The notes under the pieces: model-generated
What the model was told of the DNA's origin: nothing
Seen by the model: only the letters and a program-made list of their open reading frames with translations
The model's database searches: none
IMG/VR virus record: IMGVR_UViG_3300036861_000572
Span: 2,042-66,041 of that record
From: a virus
Taxonomy: Duplodnaviria > Caudoviricetes
Length of the DNA: 64,000 bases
Reading direction: 5' to 3' (one strand)
In this document: in pieces, positions 35,800 to 44,270 of the stretch
Numbering within the stretch: the stretch's first letter is position 1
Layout: each line of letters starts with the position of its first letter
Program-made: the position numbers and the translations under genes

Positions 35800-38529
35800 T
35801 CAGAAGATTTCCGGGGCCGGCAGGGCCTCGACGCCGAGGTGCGCGCGCACGGCATGACCCCACAACGCCAGCGTCACCGCCGGCAGCGGCGACAGGTCCA
35901 CACCGACGTTCTTGCGGACCCACAGCCACCGGTCGCCCAGATCCCGCTTGAGCGCCCCCGCGACGGCGACGTCCAAGTCGCCCTGGCCGAGGTGACGCAC
36001 CGTCGACGGTTCATCCACCAACGGGTTCGCCCCGGTCGCGTCGTAGAACGCCCCGGACGCGCCGGCGATCTCGCCGACCGACGGCTTCAGGATCTCCAGG
36101 CTGGCCGCTTCGGCCTCGGCGATCAGGGAGTTCGCCGGCCCTGAGGGGGCGATGACGATCGCGCACGGCGACCAGCGGTCAGCCCGGTCGACCCGTTCGC
36201 GCAGCCACGGCACGACCCACGACCCGCCGCGGCGGTGCTCCACCAGTTCGACGTGGCGCAGGCCGTCGGCACGGCAGCCCACCACGCCGATACTCGCCCA
36301 GGTCCGGTCGGGGGTCATGTCGACCGCGAACGCCGGCCGGTCCACGATCTGGCTGGCAGGGTCACGGATCGCCTGCCACGCGGCCTGGCCGATCACCAGC
36401 CATTCCGCCGGGGTCTCGTCCAGCCACTGGTTCAGGTAGGCACGGCGGAACTCGCCCAGGTCCATGGAGGCGAACTCGGCCGCTACGGCCGCCTCGGTCA
36501 CGGTATGGCCCAGCGCCGGCATGCACGCCCACCACGTCGCCGGGTCGTCCGCCGGCGCGTCGTTCGGCGCCGACCACTCGAAGTACGCCACCCCCGAGGT
36601 CAGCCCCGCCTCGGCGGCGAGGCGGCCAGCCTCCACCTTCCCCCACAGGTACGGCGAGAGGCTCTTGGACTTCCCCGCGGTGGAAACCACATCGAGCTGG
36701 GGCTGCGGCCGGGTGATCATCGCCGGCGCCATCGCCTGCTCGACCCGGGCGTCCTCCCGGGCGAACGCCTCGTCGATCACGCCCTGGTCCAGCGTCGGGC
36801 CATGCCCAGAGTCGTCGGTCGGCGCATCGATGGCGTGGATCGACCCGTTCCGCCAGCGGATCGCCTCCTGGCCGATCTGCTTGCGCACCGTGAACAGCGG
36901 CCGGAACGCAGACGCCTCAAGGATCGGGAGGTGGTCGTCTTCCCATTTCTCCCTGGCCTTCAACCGGGTCTGCGCGGTGTAGGCGATCCGCTGCGCACGG
37001 CCGAACGCCTGCGCCCGGTGAACCATCTTGGCCAGCAGCAGCGTCGTGTTGTGCGTAGGAACCAGATCACGGCCAGCGAGGAACAGGCCGTCAGGCGAGT
37101 CGACCTTGATGCACCGCACAGGCCGCGACGGCACCGGCTCGATGCTGGCGAGGCTGACGGCGTGTAGCTCGCCAGCCCGGGCCCGCGATGCCTGGATGCG
37201 AGCGAGCTTCCGGGGAAGGCGGAACGGGATCGGATCGCTGGCTTCGGGTGTGAAGCATACCCGCCACCGACGGCCTACCTCCCGGCCGTTCAGGACCGCG
37301 GCGTTCTCCCGGATCGTGGCCCGCCAGCCCAGCGAGCGGGCTAGGTAGAGCGCCGCGTCGGCAAGCACCTGGCGAGTCGAGCAGAACTCAACCCGAGCCG
37401 TTCCGCTGCTACCCATGGAGATGGAGCCGTCGGTGTCGAGCAAGCCCTGTAGGAGCGCCAACCGCTGATCCGTGCCGGCCGTCAGGTAGATGTCCGGGAC
37501 GTGCTTATCGCCGAGGACGCCAAGCGCACACAGCCGCTGCTGCATCCCATCCCCGGAACGGACCTCCGGAAGGTTGCCACGGCGAGCAGCCCTGCTGTAG
37601 CAGCTAGGACAGAGCCCGCGCGCGATATCCCGACGCGGGCAGCCGCCTACTGAGCATTCCCGGCCCAGCTTGGTGATGCCGAGGCGGACACGCCAGGCAG
37701 TACGGTCACGTCGCGGCTGCCCGTGGATGTAGCCGGCCGCGACGATCTGCTCAAGCAATGCGGCGAGATCCTCATCGCCGACCGTGAGCACAGCGGCAGC
37801 GCTGTGCCCGTCGCCTAGCCAGTACCCGAGAAGGTACGGGTCGATCGGCAGCTCGACCGGCTCGGACTTCAACACGCCCTGGGACGGTAGGCGGAACCGG
37901 AACTCGCGGCTTGCATACTGCTTGCCGCCCGTGGTGACCGTGCGGTTCTCCTGCCGCATCAGCCCACCAACCAGCCCGTAGGTCGGCAGGGTGCGCCACT
38001 GGAAGCTACGGGATCGATCCGAGCGCGAGCCCGTGCTCCGCGCCGCGAGGTGGTCCTCCACCGTCCACAGATGGTCCCGATCGGCAACCACGCTGCGGCC
38101 GTCCGTGGTCGTGACCCGGTAGCAGTCGTGGCCGTGCATGATGTCCGAGACGAACGTCACCCGCGTTGGATGCCCATCGGGGTGGAAGACCTCGTCGCCC
38201 TCGCGGATATCCCGCAACGTGACAAACCCGCGGGTGGTCAGAACCTCGGTGTCCGCATCCAAAGCTTTCCCGCTCTGCCGCGGCACCGTCAGGACAACCC
38301 GGCGGTAGACCAGCAGGCCCGTGTCGGGATCGGTCTCTAGCGCGACGTCGGCGACGTGGCGCTGCCACGGCATCAGCGGCGTCCCCAACGCCGCCGCGAA
38401 CCGGGCCAGCTCGCCGCCGCGTGTCGGCCGGTCGGTCCTCGGGGTCGTCCACCTAGGTGCGCAGGCGAGCCCGCTTGGCCCGCGCTCGCTCTCGGTCGCA
38501 AGTCCGGCACTTGCGCTGTGGGTTGCCAC
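35800..38529 (-). CDS. terminase large subunit containing an intein (start approximate)
   Basis: LMPWQ, VPRQSGK|T Walker A, VIDEAF Walker B, PALG, EF.RAYLN.W. Confidence 0.93.
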   Translation of the reverse strand: MATHSASAGLATESERGPSGLACAPRWTTPRTDRPTRGGELARFAAALGTPLMPWQRHVADVALETDPDTGLLVYRRVVLTVPRQSGKALDADTEVLTTRGFVTLRDIREGDEVFHPDGHPTRVTFVSDIMHGHDCYRVTTTDGRSVVADRDHLWTVEDHLAARSTGSRSDRSRSFQWRTLPTYGLVGGLMRQENRTVTTGGKQYASREFRFRLPSQGVLKSEPVELPIDPYLLGYWLGDGHSAAAVLTVGDEDLAALLEQIVAAGYIHGQPRRDRTAWRVRLGITKLGRECSVGGCPRRDIARGLCPSCYSRAARRGNLPEVRSGDGMQQRLCALGVLGDKHVPDIYLTAGTDQRLALLQGLLDTDGSISMGSSGTARVEFCSTRQVLADAALYLARSLGWRATIRENAAVLNGREVGRRWRVCFTPEASDPIPFRLPRKLARIQASRARAGELHAVSLASIEPVPSRPVRCIKVDSPDGLFLAGRDLVPTHNTTLLLAKMVHRAQAFGRAQRIAYTAQTRLKAREKWEDDHLPILEASAFRPLFTVRKQIGQEAIRWRNGSIHAIDAPTDDSGHGPTLDQGVIDEAFAREDARVEQAMAPAMITRPQPQLDVVSTAGKSKSLSPYLWGKVEAGRLAAEAGLTSGVAYFEWSAPNDAPADDPATWWACMPALGHTVTEAAVAAEFASMDLGEFRRAYLNQWLDETPAEWLVIGQAAWQAIRDPASQIVDRPAFAVDMTPDRTWASIGVVGCRADGLRHVELVEHRRGGSWVVPWLRERVDRADRWSPCAIVIAPSGPANSLIAEAEAASLEILKPSVGEIAGASGAFYDATGANPLVDEPSTVRHLGQGDLDVAVAGALKRDLGDRWLWVRKNVGVDLSPLPAVTLALWGHAVRAHLGVEALPAPEIF
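37048..38265 (-). mobile_element. class-3 (WCT) intein with LAGLIDADG endonuclease, 406 aa
   Basis: Ala1 ALDADT; DHLW; VRCI; PTHN|T; LLQGLLDTDG. Confidence 0.92.
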
Positions 38530-38974
38530 GACCGTCAAGGAACCGCCCCGTATTCGCCTCAGTCCAAGGATGCCCGGAAGGGCACGCCTCGGCGGTGGAT
38601 ACGGCGCGGCGAAGGCCGCCGCGCCGGGCCCGCGTCCGCTCCCGAGAGCACGTCCGGCAGTGCCGGTGGCCCTCAGCATCTACTGAGGTGTTCGCGTCGT
38701 CGTAGGGGTGGCCCTGCGGGCAGTGCGAGATCTGCTCGGTGCGATGACGGCAATTCTCGCGGTGCGTGACCGCTTCGAGGTGGGTTACCTCGACGCATGC
38801 CCTGTTCTCGCAGCGGTGGTGGATTTCCAGTCCGGCTGGGACGGCACCATGCATTCGCTCATAGGCGACAACGTGCGCCCGCCGAGTTCGGCCGCCGACG
38901 CGGACCTGCCCGTAGCCCTTCTTCGTTCGGCTACCAGACCACTCCTGGCATGGCTTCACGAGTTCGCTGGTCAT
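38453..38974 (-). CDS. HNH homing endonuclease, leaderless
   Basis: GYGQV..AHVVAYE..HHRCENRACV..HLEAVTHREN; two CPxGH repeats; TATAAT 6 nt before the ATG. Confidence 0.9.
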   Translation of the reverse strand: MTSELVKPCQEWSGSRTKKGYGQVRVGGRTRRAHVVAYERMHGAVPAGLEIHHRCENRACVEVTHLEAVTHRENCRHRTEQISHCPQGHPYDDANTSVDAEGHRHCRTCSRERTRARRGGLRRAVSTAEACPSGHPWTEANTGRFLDGRGNPQRKCRTCDRERARAKRARLRT

Positions 38975-39011
38975 GCGGCTATTATACCAGCCGATGCGAA
39001 CAGTGAAGCGA

Positions 39012-39146
39012 CTAGCCTCTCCCCTCCCACTCAGCCACGGGCTCGCCGTACGCGGCGTCTCCGCGCGTCTTGCGGTTCAGGTCCCTCGGCATCGGGAACC
39101 GGGGCGAGCAGCGAAGCGACGAAGCCCTGTCCAGAGTCGCGGTCAC
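39012..39146 (-). pseudogene. orphaned original N-terminus of terminase large subunit
   Basis: SSLRCSPRFPMPRDLNRKTRGD aligns with TerL SGLACAPRWTTPRT-DRPTRGG. Confidence 0.6.
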
Positions 39147-39393
39147 CGCGCCGCCCCAAGCTCTCCATCGTCACCGTGAGCTGCCTGGCGACCGCCGCCA
39201 TGTCCCTGGCGCTCGCATCGACCCGCAAGCTCATCTCCTCGTCGCACTGGCGGCACACCCCACGGCACTCGCCGTCCAGCAGCTGCGCCAACGCCAACGC
39301 CGTCGCGGCCAGCCCCGACGGCGCCCGCACGCTCAGGCCGAGCTTGCGGAGGTCCCGCCGGATCGCCGTCTCAACCGGCCCGAAGTCAGGCAT
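39031..39393 (-). CDS. terminase small subunit
   Basis: GPVE.A.RRDL..LAATALALAQLLD...AAVARQL; actinophage TerS-like, upstream of TerL. Confidence 0.7.
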   Translation of the reverse strand: MPDFGPVETAIRRDLRKLGLSVRAPSGLAATALALAQLLDGECRGVCRQCDEEMSLRVDASARDMAAVARQLTVTMESLGRRGDRDSGQGFVASLLAPVPDAEGPEPQDARRRRVRRARG

Positions 39394-39491
39394 GTCCGAT
39401 TCCCGGCTCACGGGGGCACACAAAATGTGCACGGCTGGCAAGCGGGTCGGGGGCCGTGTCCGGTTCGAGTCGTCCGATCTCCCCCCCCTGC

Positions 39492-39764
39492 CTACCAGGC
39501 CCGGCTCGTCGTGATCCGGGGCAGGGTGAGGCTGGCGCCGCGTTCCTGGTTGCACTTCCGGTTGCAGACGGGGCAGCCGCGGTGGCCGTGGCTGGGCCGC
39601 CAGTTCGACGGCTCGAAGCGGAGGTCGGGGGCGACGGATGCGGCGATGACGTGGTCGATCTCGTCGGCGCCGGGGTGGCTGCACTGCCAGCAGACGGGGC
39701 AGGCGGCGAGGAACTCGCGGCGTGCGGTGCGGTACCACCAGCTGTCGGCTGACCACCTGCTCAC
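39492..39764 (-). CDS. packaging-associated HNH endonuclease
   Basis: CWQC..PGAD.IDH...N.RPSH...CN..RG; next to TerS as in cos phages. Confidence 0.85.
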   Translation of the reverse strand: MSRWSADSWWYRTARREFLAACPVCWQCSHPGADEIDHVIAASVAPDLRFEPSNWRPSHGHRGCPVCNRKCNQERGASLTLPRITTSRAW

Positions 39765-39771
39765 GGCATGG

Positions 39772-40179
39772 CTACAGCGTGACGCTGAGGTTGTTGGTGG
39801 TGTCGGTCAGCGTGGCGCTCACGACCTTGACCGTCATCGGGGGTTCGCACTTGGGCTGCAGCACCGCGGTCACCGAGAGGCTGCCGGAGACCTGGCCGTT
39901 CTGGACCGGCAGCGTCGCCGCGGTGGAGAAGGACTGCTTGTTGCCGGCCGCCGGGTCGTTGCCGCCGGGGTTGACGCACTGGAACGTGGCGTCGAGGAGG
40001 TAGTCGACCTGGGGTTCGTCGCCGAGGCCGGCTTCCTTGAACGTGACGGTGAGGGTGCTGCCGGTCTGGGCGAAGGTGGTCTGGTCGTCGACGAAGTGGG
40101 GCGACCCGGCAAGGGCGGGGATAGCGGTGGTGGCGGTGATAGCGGCGGCGAGCAGGGCAGCACGGAATAGGCGGCGCAC
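39772..40179 (-). CDS. secreted beta-rich protein
   Basis: Sec signal RRLFRAALLAAAITATTAIPALA; two Cys in the mature part. Confidence 0.75.
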   Translation of the reverse strand: MRRLFRAALLAAAITATTAIPALAGSPHFVDDQTTFAQTGSTLTVTFKEAGLGDEPQVDYLLDATFQCVNPGGNDPAAGNKQSFSTAATLPVQNGQVSGSLSVTAVLQPKCEPPMTVKVVSATLTDTTNNLSVTL

Positions 40180-40205
40180 GGGGTTCCTCTCTTGCGATGG
40201 GGGAT

Positions 40206-40346
40206 TCAGTATTTCTCCTCGGTCTCCACGATGACCGTGCCGTCCTCTTGCGGATACAGCCAGAGATGGATCTCGCCAAGATCGAGGCGGGCGAACTGGT
40301 TGCACTCGCCTGACTCGACCGTTGCGGTGTAGGTCTCTCTGGCCAT
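40206..40346 (-). CDS. 46-aa hypothetical protein
   Basis: ORF filling the gap: MARETYTATVESGECNQF... Confidence 0.35.
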   Translation of the reverse strand: MARETYTATVESGECNQFARLDLGEIHLWLYPQEDGTVIVETEEKY

Positions 40347-40388
40347 AGGAGATGTTCAGGGGCCGCAGCTCGCGGGCCGGCCGTCGGG

Positions 40389-40547
40389 CTACTTGCTGTT
40401 GGGGCAGGGCGGCGGGCTGGTCGGGCCAGCGTGCTGGCCGGGGGCGCACTGGTTCGAGTCACCGGGGCCGGGATTGCCGAACGCGGCCAGGCCAGAGCCG
40501 AGAATCAGGGCGCAGGACAGCAGCGCAGCGCAGAGCAGGCGTCGCAT
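40389..40547 (-). CDS. small secreted peptide with two Cys in the mature part
   Basis: AAGGA RBS; signal peptide, then NPGPGDSNQCAPGQHAGPTSPPPCPNSK. Confidence 0.65.
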   Translation of the reverse strand: MRRLLCAALLSCALILGSGLAAFGNPGPGDSNQCAPGQHAGPTSPPPCPNSK

Positions 40548-40634
40548 GGTGGGTTCCTTTCCCTTGCGGGGCGGGGGATGCGGGGAGCGGCATGGGCGCA
40601 CTCCACCCGACTAGCAGGGATTTTGCCATGTGCG

Positions 40635-41117
40635 TCAACCGGACGCCGCATCATCGAGCTTCTGCCACGGCGGGCGGGCACCGTAGCGGGCGTCGTCGTG
40701 GACGCCGGCCAGGACGCCGAGGCGCTTCCACTCCGACGACTGCCACCGTCGCGGCCCGTCCACCTCGAGGTGGTCCAGTCCCGTGCAGACGATCTCGCTT
40801 GCGTCAGGGTCGGCGCTGCGCAGCCACGCGACCAGGTCGGCGCCGCAGTAGGGGCAGACCACGCCCTCGCGCTTGGTGAGCTCGACCTTCGTGACGGGCT
40901 GCAGGAGGTAGCGGGCGGTGGCGATCCACCAGCTTGTGTAGCGTTCGAGGTCGGCCATGTGGGAGACCATGTCGACCTGTAGCGGCGGCCGGCTGGCGGG
41001 TGGGGTGCGGCGGCCGGCGCCGGGGTGCGACTCGGGTGGGACGCGGGCGGCCAATTGGGTGTAGAGGCTGAAGGTGAGGTCGAGGTCGGCCTGCAACGGG
41101 TCGCGCGCGTCTGCCAT
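40635..41117 (-). CDS. Zn-ribbon protein (possible late regulator)
   Basis: ASRPPL..D; CPYCG...C; last early gene before the packaging module. Confidence 0.6.
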   Translation of the reverse strand: MADARDPLQADLDLTFSLYTQLAARVPPESHPGAGRRTPPASRPPLQVDMVSHMADLERYTSWWIATARYLLQPVTKVELTKREGVVCPYCGADLVAWLRSADPDASEIVCTGLDHLEVDGPRRWQSSEWKRLGVLAGVHDDARYGARPPWQKLDDAASG

Positions 41118-41305
41118 GCGGCCGCCTTCCGTTCGGTAGGATCGCTGGCGACCGCCCCGTCGGACCGCGGGTGCCTGGTCCGCCGCGGCGCCCTTTTCGG
41201 GTTGGGGGCGCCGCCGGCGTCAGTGGCCGTCCAGGCCGGAGTGCCGCTGGCCGGCGAGGTTCAGCCAGGCGAGCAGCTTCGAGGTCCTCATCGCGTCACC
41301 TCCCT

Positions 41306-41515
41306 TTAGTAGACCCATCCGGCGGGGTCGACCGTGGTGGCTTCGACGGCGTCGGGGTAGCGGGCGCGGCCGGCGGCGAGCGCGTCGGCGCGGGTGGCGG
41401 CGGGGCCGCCGACGGCCAGCGGCGTGCGGCCGGCGAGCAGGGAGTAGGCCTGCCACCAAAACCGGCCGGTCAGGGGCCCCTGCCACACGACGAGGCGGAC
41501 GGTGGGCGCGGTCAC
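41306..41515 (-). CDS. hypothetical protein
   Basis: tight operon packing. Confidence 0.5.
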   Translation of the reverse strand: MTAPTVRLVVWQGPLTGRFWWQAYSLLAGRTPLAVGGPAATRADALAAGRARYPDAVEATTVDPAGWVY

Positions 41516-41516
41516 G

Positions 41517-41702
41517 CTAGTCGCCCCATTCGACGGCGCCGGCCAGCGCGACCGCGACGGTGAGCAGGCCGGCGGCGAACAGGCTCAGCGGCCACGCGAG
41601 GTGGACACGGCGGGCCCGGTCTTCCAGGCAGCGGATGTACCAGAAGATGCCGGCGAGGGCGGTGAGGCAGCCGGCGGCGGCGAGGGCGGCCCAGCGGGTC
41701 AT
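41517..41702 (-). CDS. small membrane protein
   Basis: two hydrophobic stretches; coupled start. Confidence 0.55.
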   Translation of the reverse strand: MTRWAALAAAGCLTALAGIFWYIRCLEDRARRVHLAWPLSLFAAGLLTVAVALAGAVEWGD

Positions 41703-41881
41703 GGCCGGCGCACCACCGTCCATGAACGCCCTCGGCGGCGCCGCCCGGCTGCCCGCTTGGTCGCCGCGACGTCCTTGACGACCGAGCCAGACAGGACGAG
41801 CCAGCGGAAGACCCAGACGCTTCCCGGGACGTGGGCGAACCACCAGCGCACGCGTCTGGCGGGAGCAGACCAGCGGGTCAT
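41699..41881 (-). CDS. hypothetical protein
   Basis: ATGA coupling. Confidence 0.5.
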   Translation of the reverse strand: MTRWSAPARRVRWWFAHVPGSVWVFRWLVLSGSVVKDVAATKRAAGRRRRGRSWTVVRRP

Positions 41882-42081
41882 TCTCGGAGCAGCTCCTCGA
41901 GGGTCGTGCCCGTGGCGTAGCGACGGGACGGCTTCTGCTTGCGCCGCCACGGCGTCACCTCCGGTGCGGGCAGGCAGGCGGCACACCGCCACGCCTCACC
42001 ATAGGGCCAGACGGTCTCGCCGGCCGGGACCCGCTGGCCGCAGGGGCACAACCAGGCGACGTCGAGGACGTGGCCGGTCAC
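41878..42081 (-). CDS. small Zn-binding protein
   Basis: CPCG...CAAC; coupled. Confidence 0.55.
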   Translation of the reverse strand: MTGHVLDVAWLCPCGQRVPAGETVWPYGEAWRCAACLPAPEVTPWRRKQKPSRRYATGTTLEELLRE

Positions 42082-42371
42082 GGGCTGGCCTTCGGGTCTC
42101 CCAGGCGCCGACGGTGCTCGGAGGCACCGGTCGTCGGGTCGGCCAGGAGCGCACGGGCGAGGTCGAGGTTGAACTTGACGTGCCTGGCCGCACCGACCTG
42201 GGCTCGGGTCCAGCCGGGCTCGTTATAGCCGGGCTTGTTGCCGGGGCCGTGGAACCGCATGCCGGGGATCCAGCCTTTCGAGACCCAGTACTGGAGCTGC
42301 CGGTACGTGCAACCGATCTCGCGGCAGACCTCGATACTGGTCTCCTCGGCCACGCCAAGCGTGGCGGTCAC
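42078..42371 (-). CDS. MerR-like HTH protein
   Basis: EVCREIGCTYRQLQYWVSKGWI...GPG. Confidence 0.7.
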   Translation of the reverse strand: MTATLGVAEETSIEVCREIGCTYRQLQYWVSKGWIPGMRFHGPGNKPGYNEPGWTRAQVGAARHVKFNLDLARALLADPTTGASEHRRRLGDPKASP

Positions 42372-42556
42372 GGGTCGGCGTCCAGGTGCGGGTCGCAGTC
42401 GCACGGCGGCACCCCGGGCCGCGCCCACACGGTACCGTGCAGCGGGCACTTGTAGATCCGTGCGGTGGCGGGCCGGTAGCCGACCACGTCCACCGTCGGG
42501 GTGGCGGGCTCGGCGAGGTAGCGGGCCAGCCACCCGGGATCGACGGGGCGGATCAC
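42368..42556 (-). CDS. hypothetical protein
   Basis: coupled; CPLHG motif. Confidence 0.5.
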   Translation of the reverse strand: MIRPVDPGWLARYLAEPATPTVDVVGYRPATARIYKCPLHGTVWARPGVPPCDCDPHLDADP

Positions 42557-42873
42557 CGCGCACCGACCTTCGGCATCGCGGTGAGGAATTCGATCTCGGC
42601 GACGGCCCAGGCGATCGAGTCCTGATCGAACCGCGACGCAAGGCCAGCCAGCTCGGCCTTCAACGTCTCGGCGGCTGGCTCGTCATGGGGTTCGTAGGTG
42701 AAGCACCAGCAGGCGTTCTGGTAGCGCGAGGTCGGCAGCGAGTACCAGATGCCGTGGGTGCCGCCACCGAAGACTTCCCAGATGGCACGGTCGGTCATGG
42801 CCAGGAACTCGGCCCAGCGGCGCGGCGGAAGCTTGCCGTCGGAGTTGCCGATCGACACGTAGACGGTCCTCAC
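42553..42873 (-). CDS. conserved actinophage hypothetical protein
   Basis: TVYVSIGNSD.KL...W...QNACW...QDSIAW. Confidence 0.65.
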   Translation of the reverse strand: MRTVYVSIGNSDGKLPPRRWAEFLAMTDRAIWEVFGGGTHGIWYSLPTSRYQNACWCFTYEPHDEPAAETLKAELAGLASRFDQDSIAWAVAEIEFLTAMPKVGAR

Positions 42874-43094
42874 CGTGCCACCGCCACGGCACAAAGGACC
42901 GGGCCGGCGACGACGACGGCCCAGCAGGCCCGCGCCGTCCAGACGCGGCGGCGGGCGACGTGCCACGGGACGACCAGCGGCGGCAGGTCCCGGTTGGGCA
43001 CCCCGATGATCGGCTGGGCACAGCGGGCCACGCCGGGCGGCGCGGGCGGCAGGGTGGCCGGGTCGGGTCGTGGCGTGACGATCAAGGCTTCCAT
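42870..43094 (-). CDS. small membrane protein
   Basis: C-terminal TM segment. Confidence 0.45.
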   Translation of the reverse strand: MEALIVTPRPDPATLPPAPPGVARCAQPIIGVPNRDLPPLVVPWHVARRRVWTARACWAVVVAGPVLCAVAVAR

Positions 43095-43178
43095 TCTCGC
43101 CCCCCAGGTGGACACGGTGGCGGCTCCTTCCTTGGATCGGGTGGGGCCGTGGGCGGACACGGCCGGCATGCGGGTGGG

Positions 43179-43682
43179 TCAGCGCCGCCATGTTCTGCCA
43201 CTACGAATGGCATAGACGGTGGATTCCGAGACGCCAAAGCGAGCCGCCGTCATCTCTACTGGCTCAAGGCCGGCGAGACGCCTGATCTCCACGACTTGTG
43301 GCCAGGTGAGCCTGGGAGTGTGCGTACCCGTCCGCAGGCCAAGCCTGATTGCGTGCTGAGCATTGGCCTTCGGGGTCGCCCATTCCAGGTTGCCGAGACA
43401 GTTGTTGGCCTTATCCCCATCCTGGTGGTTGCACTCATGGCCTCGGGGGCACGGGCCGATGAACGACTCCAGGACGAGCTGATGGACCTTTCGGTCACGC
43501 CGCTGGCCATACCGGAACAGGGCGACCTGCCGGTATCCCTGTCTCGTCGGCCTGGGGGCCAGGACAAACCCGGGCCTGGTGCGTGAACCACGGGCGACCC
43601 GCCGCACTCGTCCGTGGTCGCTGACCTCGTACCAGCCCTCATATCCGACGACGGGAAGCCAGCGTTCGGTAGCATCAGCCAT
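43179..43682 (-). CDS. NUMOD4-HNH homing endonuclease
   Basis: ERWLPVVGYEGWYEVSDHGRVR; VHQLVLESF..CNHQDGDKANN..NLEW.T..N. Confidence 0.92.
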   Translation of the reverse strand: MADATERWLPVVGYEGWYEVSDHGRVRRVARGSRTRPGFVLAPRPTRQGYRQVALFRYGQRRDRKVHQLVLESFIGPCPRGHECNHQDGDKANNCLGNLEWATPKANAQHAIRLGLRTGTHTPRLTWPQVVEIRRLAGLEPVEMTAARFGVSESTVYAIRSGRTWRR

Positions 43683-43836
43683 GCTCGGCACCTCCATGGG
43701 GTGTCGGCCACGGCCCGGGCGGTCGCCACCGCGCCGGGCCACTCTATGGCGGTATTCTAGCAGGTCAGAGGCCATATTCCGAATCTTCCGGTGCAGGGGG
43801 CGGACCCTGTCGGGGGTCCGCCCAACGATGGTCGGA

Positions 43837-43956
43837 CTAGGCCCAAATCCACTTGTCGGCGGCCAGCGCGGCCGGGGCGAGCGCGAGCAGCGCGCCGGCG
43901 GCCAGGGTCACGGCCACGGCCACGCGCGTCCGCCAATGCTTCGAGCGGTCCTTCAT
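43837..43956 (-). CDS. 39-aa signal-peptide propeptide
   Basis: GGAGGTGA RBS; MKDRSKHWRTRVAVAVTLAAGALLALAPAALAADKWIWA; 10-bp hairpin at 43798-43823 downstream. Confidence 0.7.
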   Translation of the reverse strand: MKDRSKHWRTRVAVAVTLAAGALLALAPAALAADKWIWA

Positions 43957-43961
43957 GCGGT

Positions 43962-44270
43962 TCACCTCCCCTCGGGGTCATCGGGGGCCGGACCGTGCCC
44001 GGGCGGACGAGCAACGGAAGGGTCCAGGTAGGCCTCGAATTCGCGGGCGAGCGAGATGATCCAGCCCTTGATGACGGCGTCCTCGAGCGCCGCGCGGGTG
44101 AAGATGGCCCCGGCCACCTCGATGGCGTTGCCGAGCGCGCATGCCCGGACGGAATCCACATACGGCCGGGGCGTGAAGGCCTCGGCAGGACGCGACGGCG
44201 GGGCCGGTACGCGGTCGCTGACCGGCGGCGGGACGGTGCGCGCTGGGCTGACCTGTCCTCGGCCGCTCAC
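43962..44270 (-). CDS. hypothetical protein
   Basis: GTGA coupling. Confidence 0.55.
   Translation of the reverse strand: MSGRGQVSPARTVPPPVSDRVPAPPSRPAEAFTPRPYVDSVRACALGNAIEVAGAIFTRAALEDAVIKGWIISLAREFEAYLDPSVARPPGHGPAPDDPEGR

Noticed and set aside
39394-39491. cos site between the HNH and TerS genes
   Set aside because: The position is plausible, but no specific sequence can be identified without termini data.
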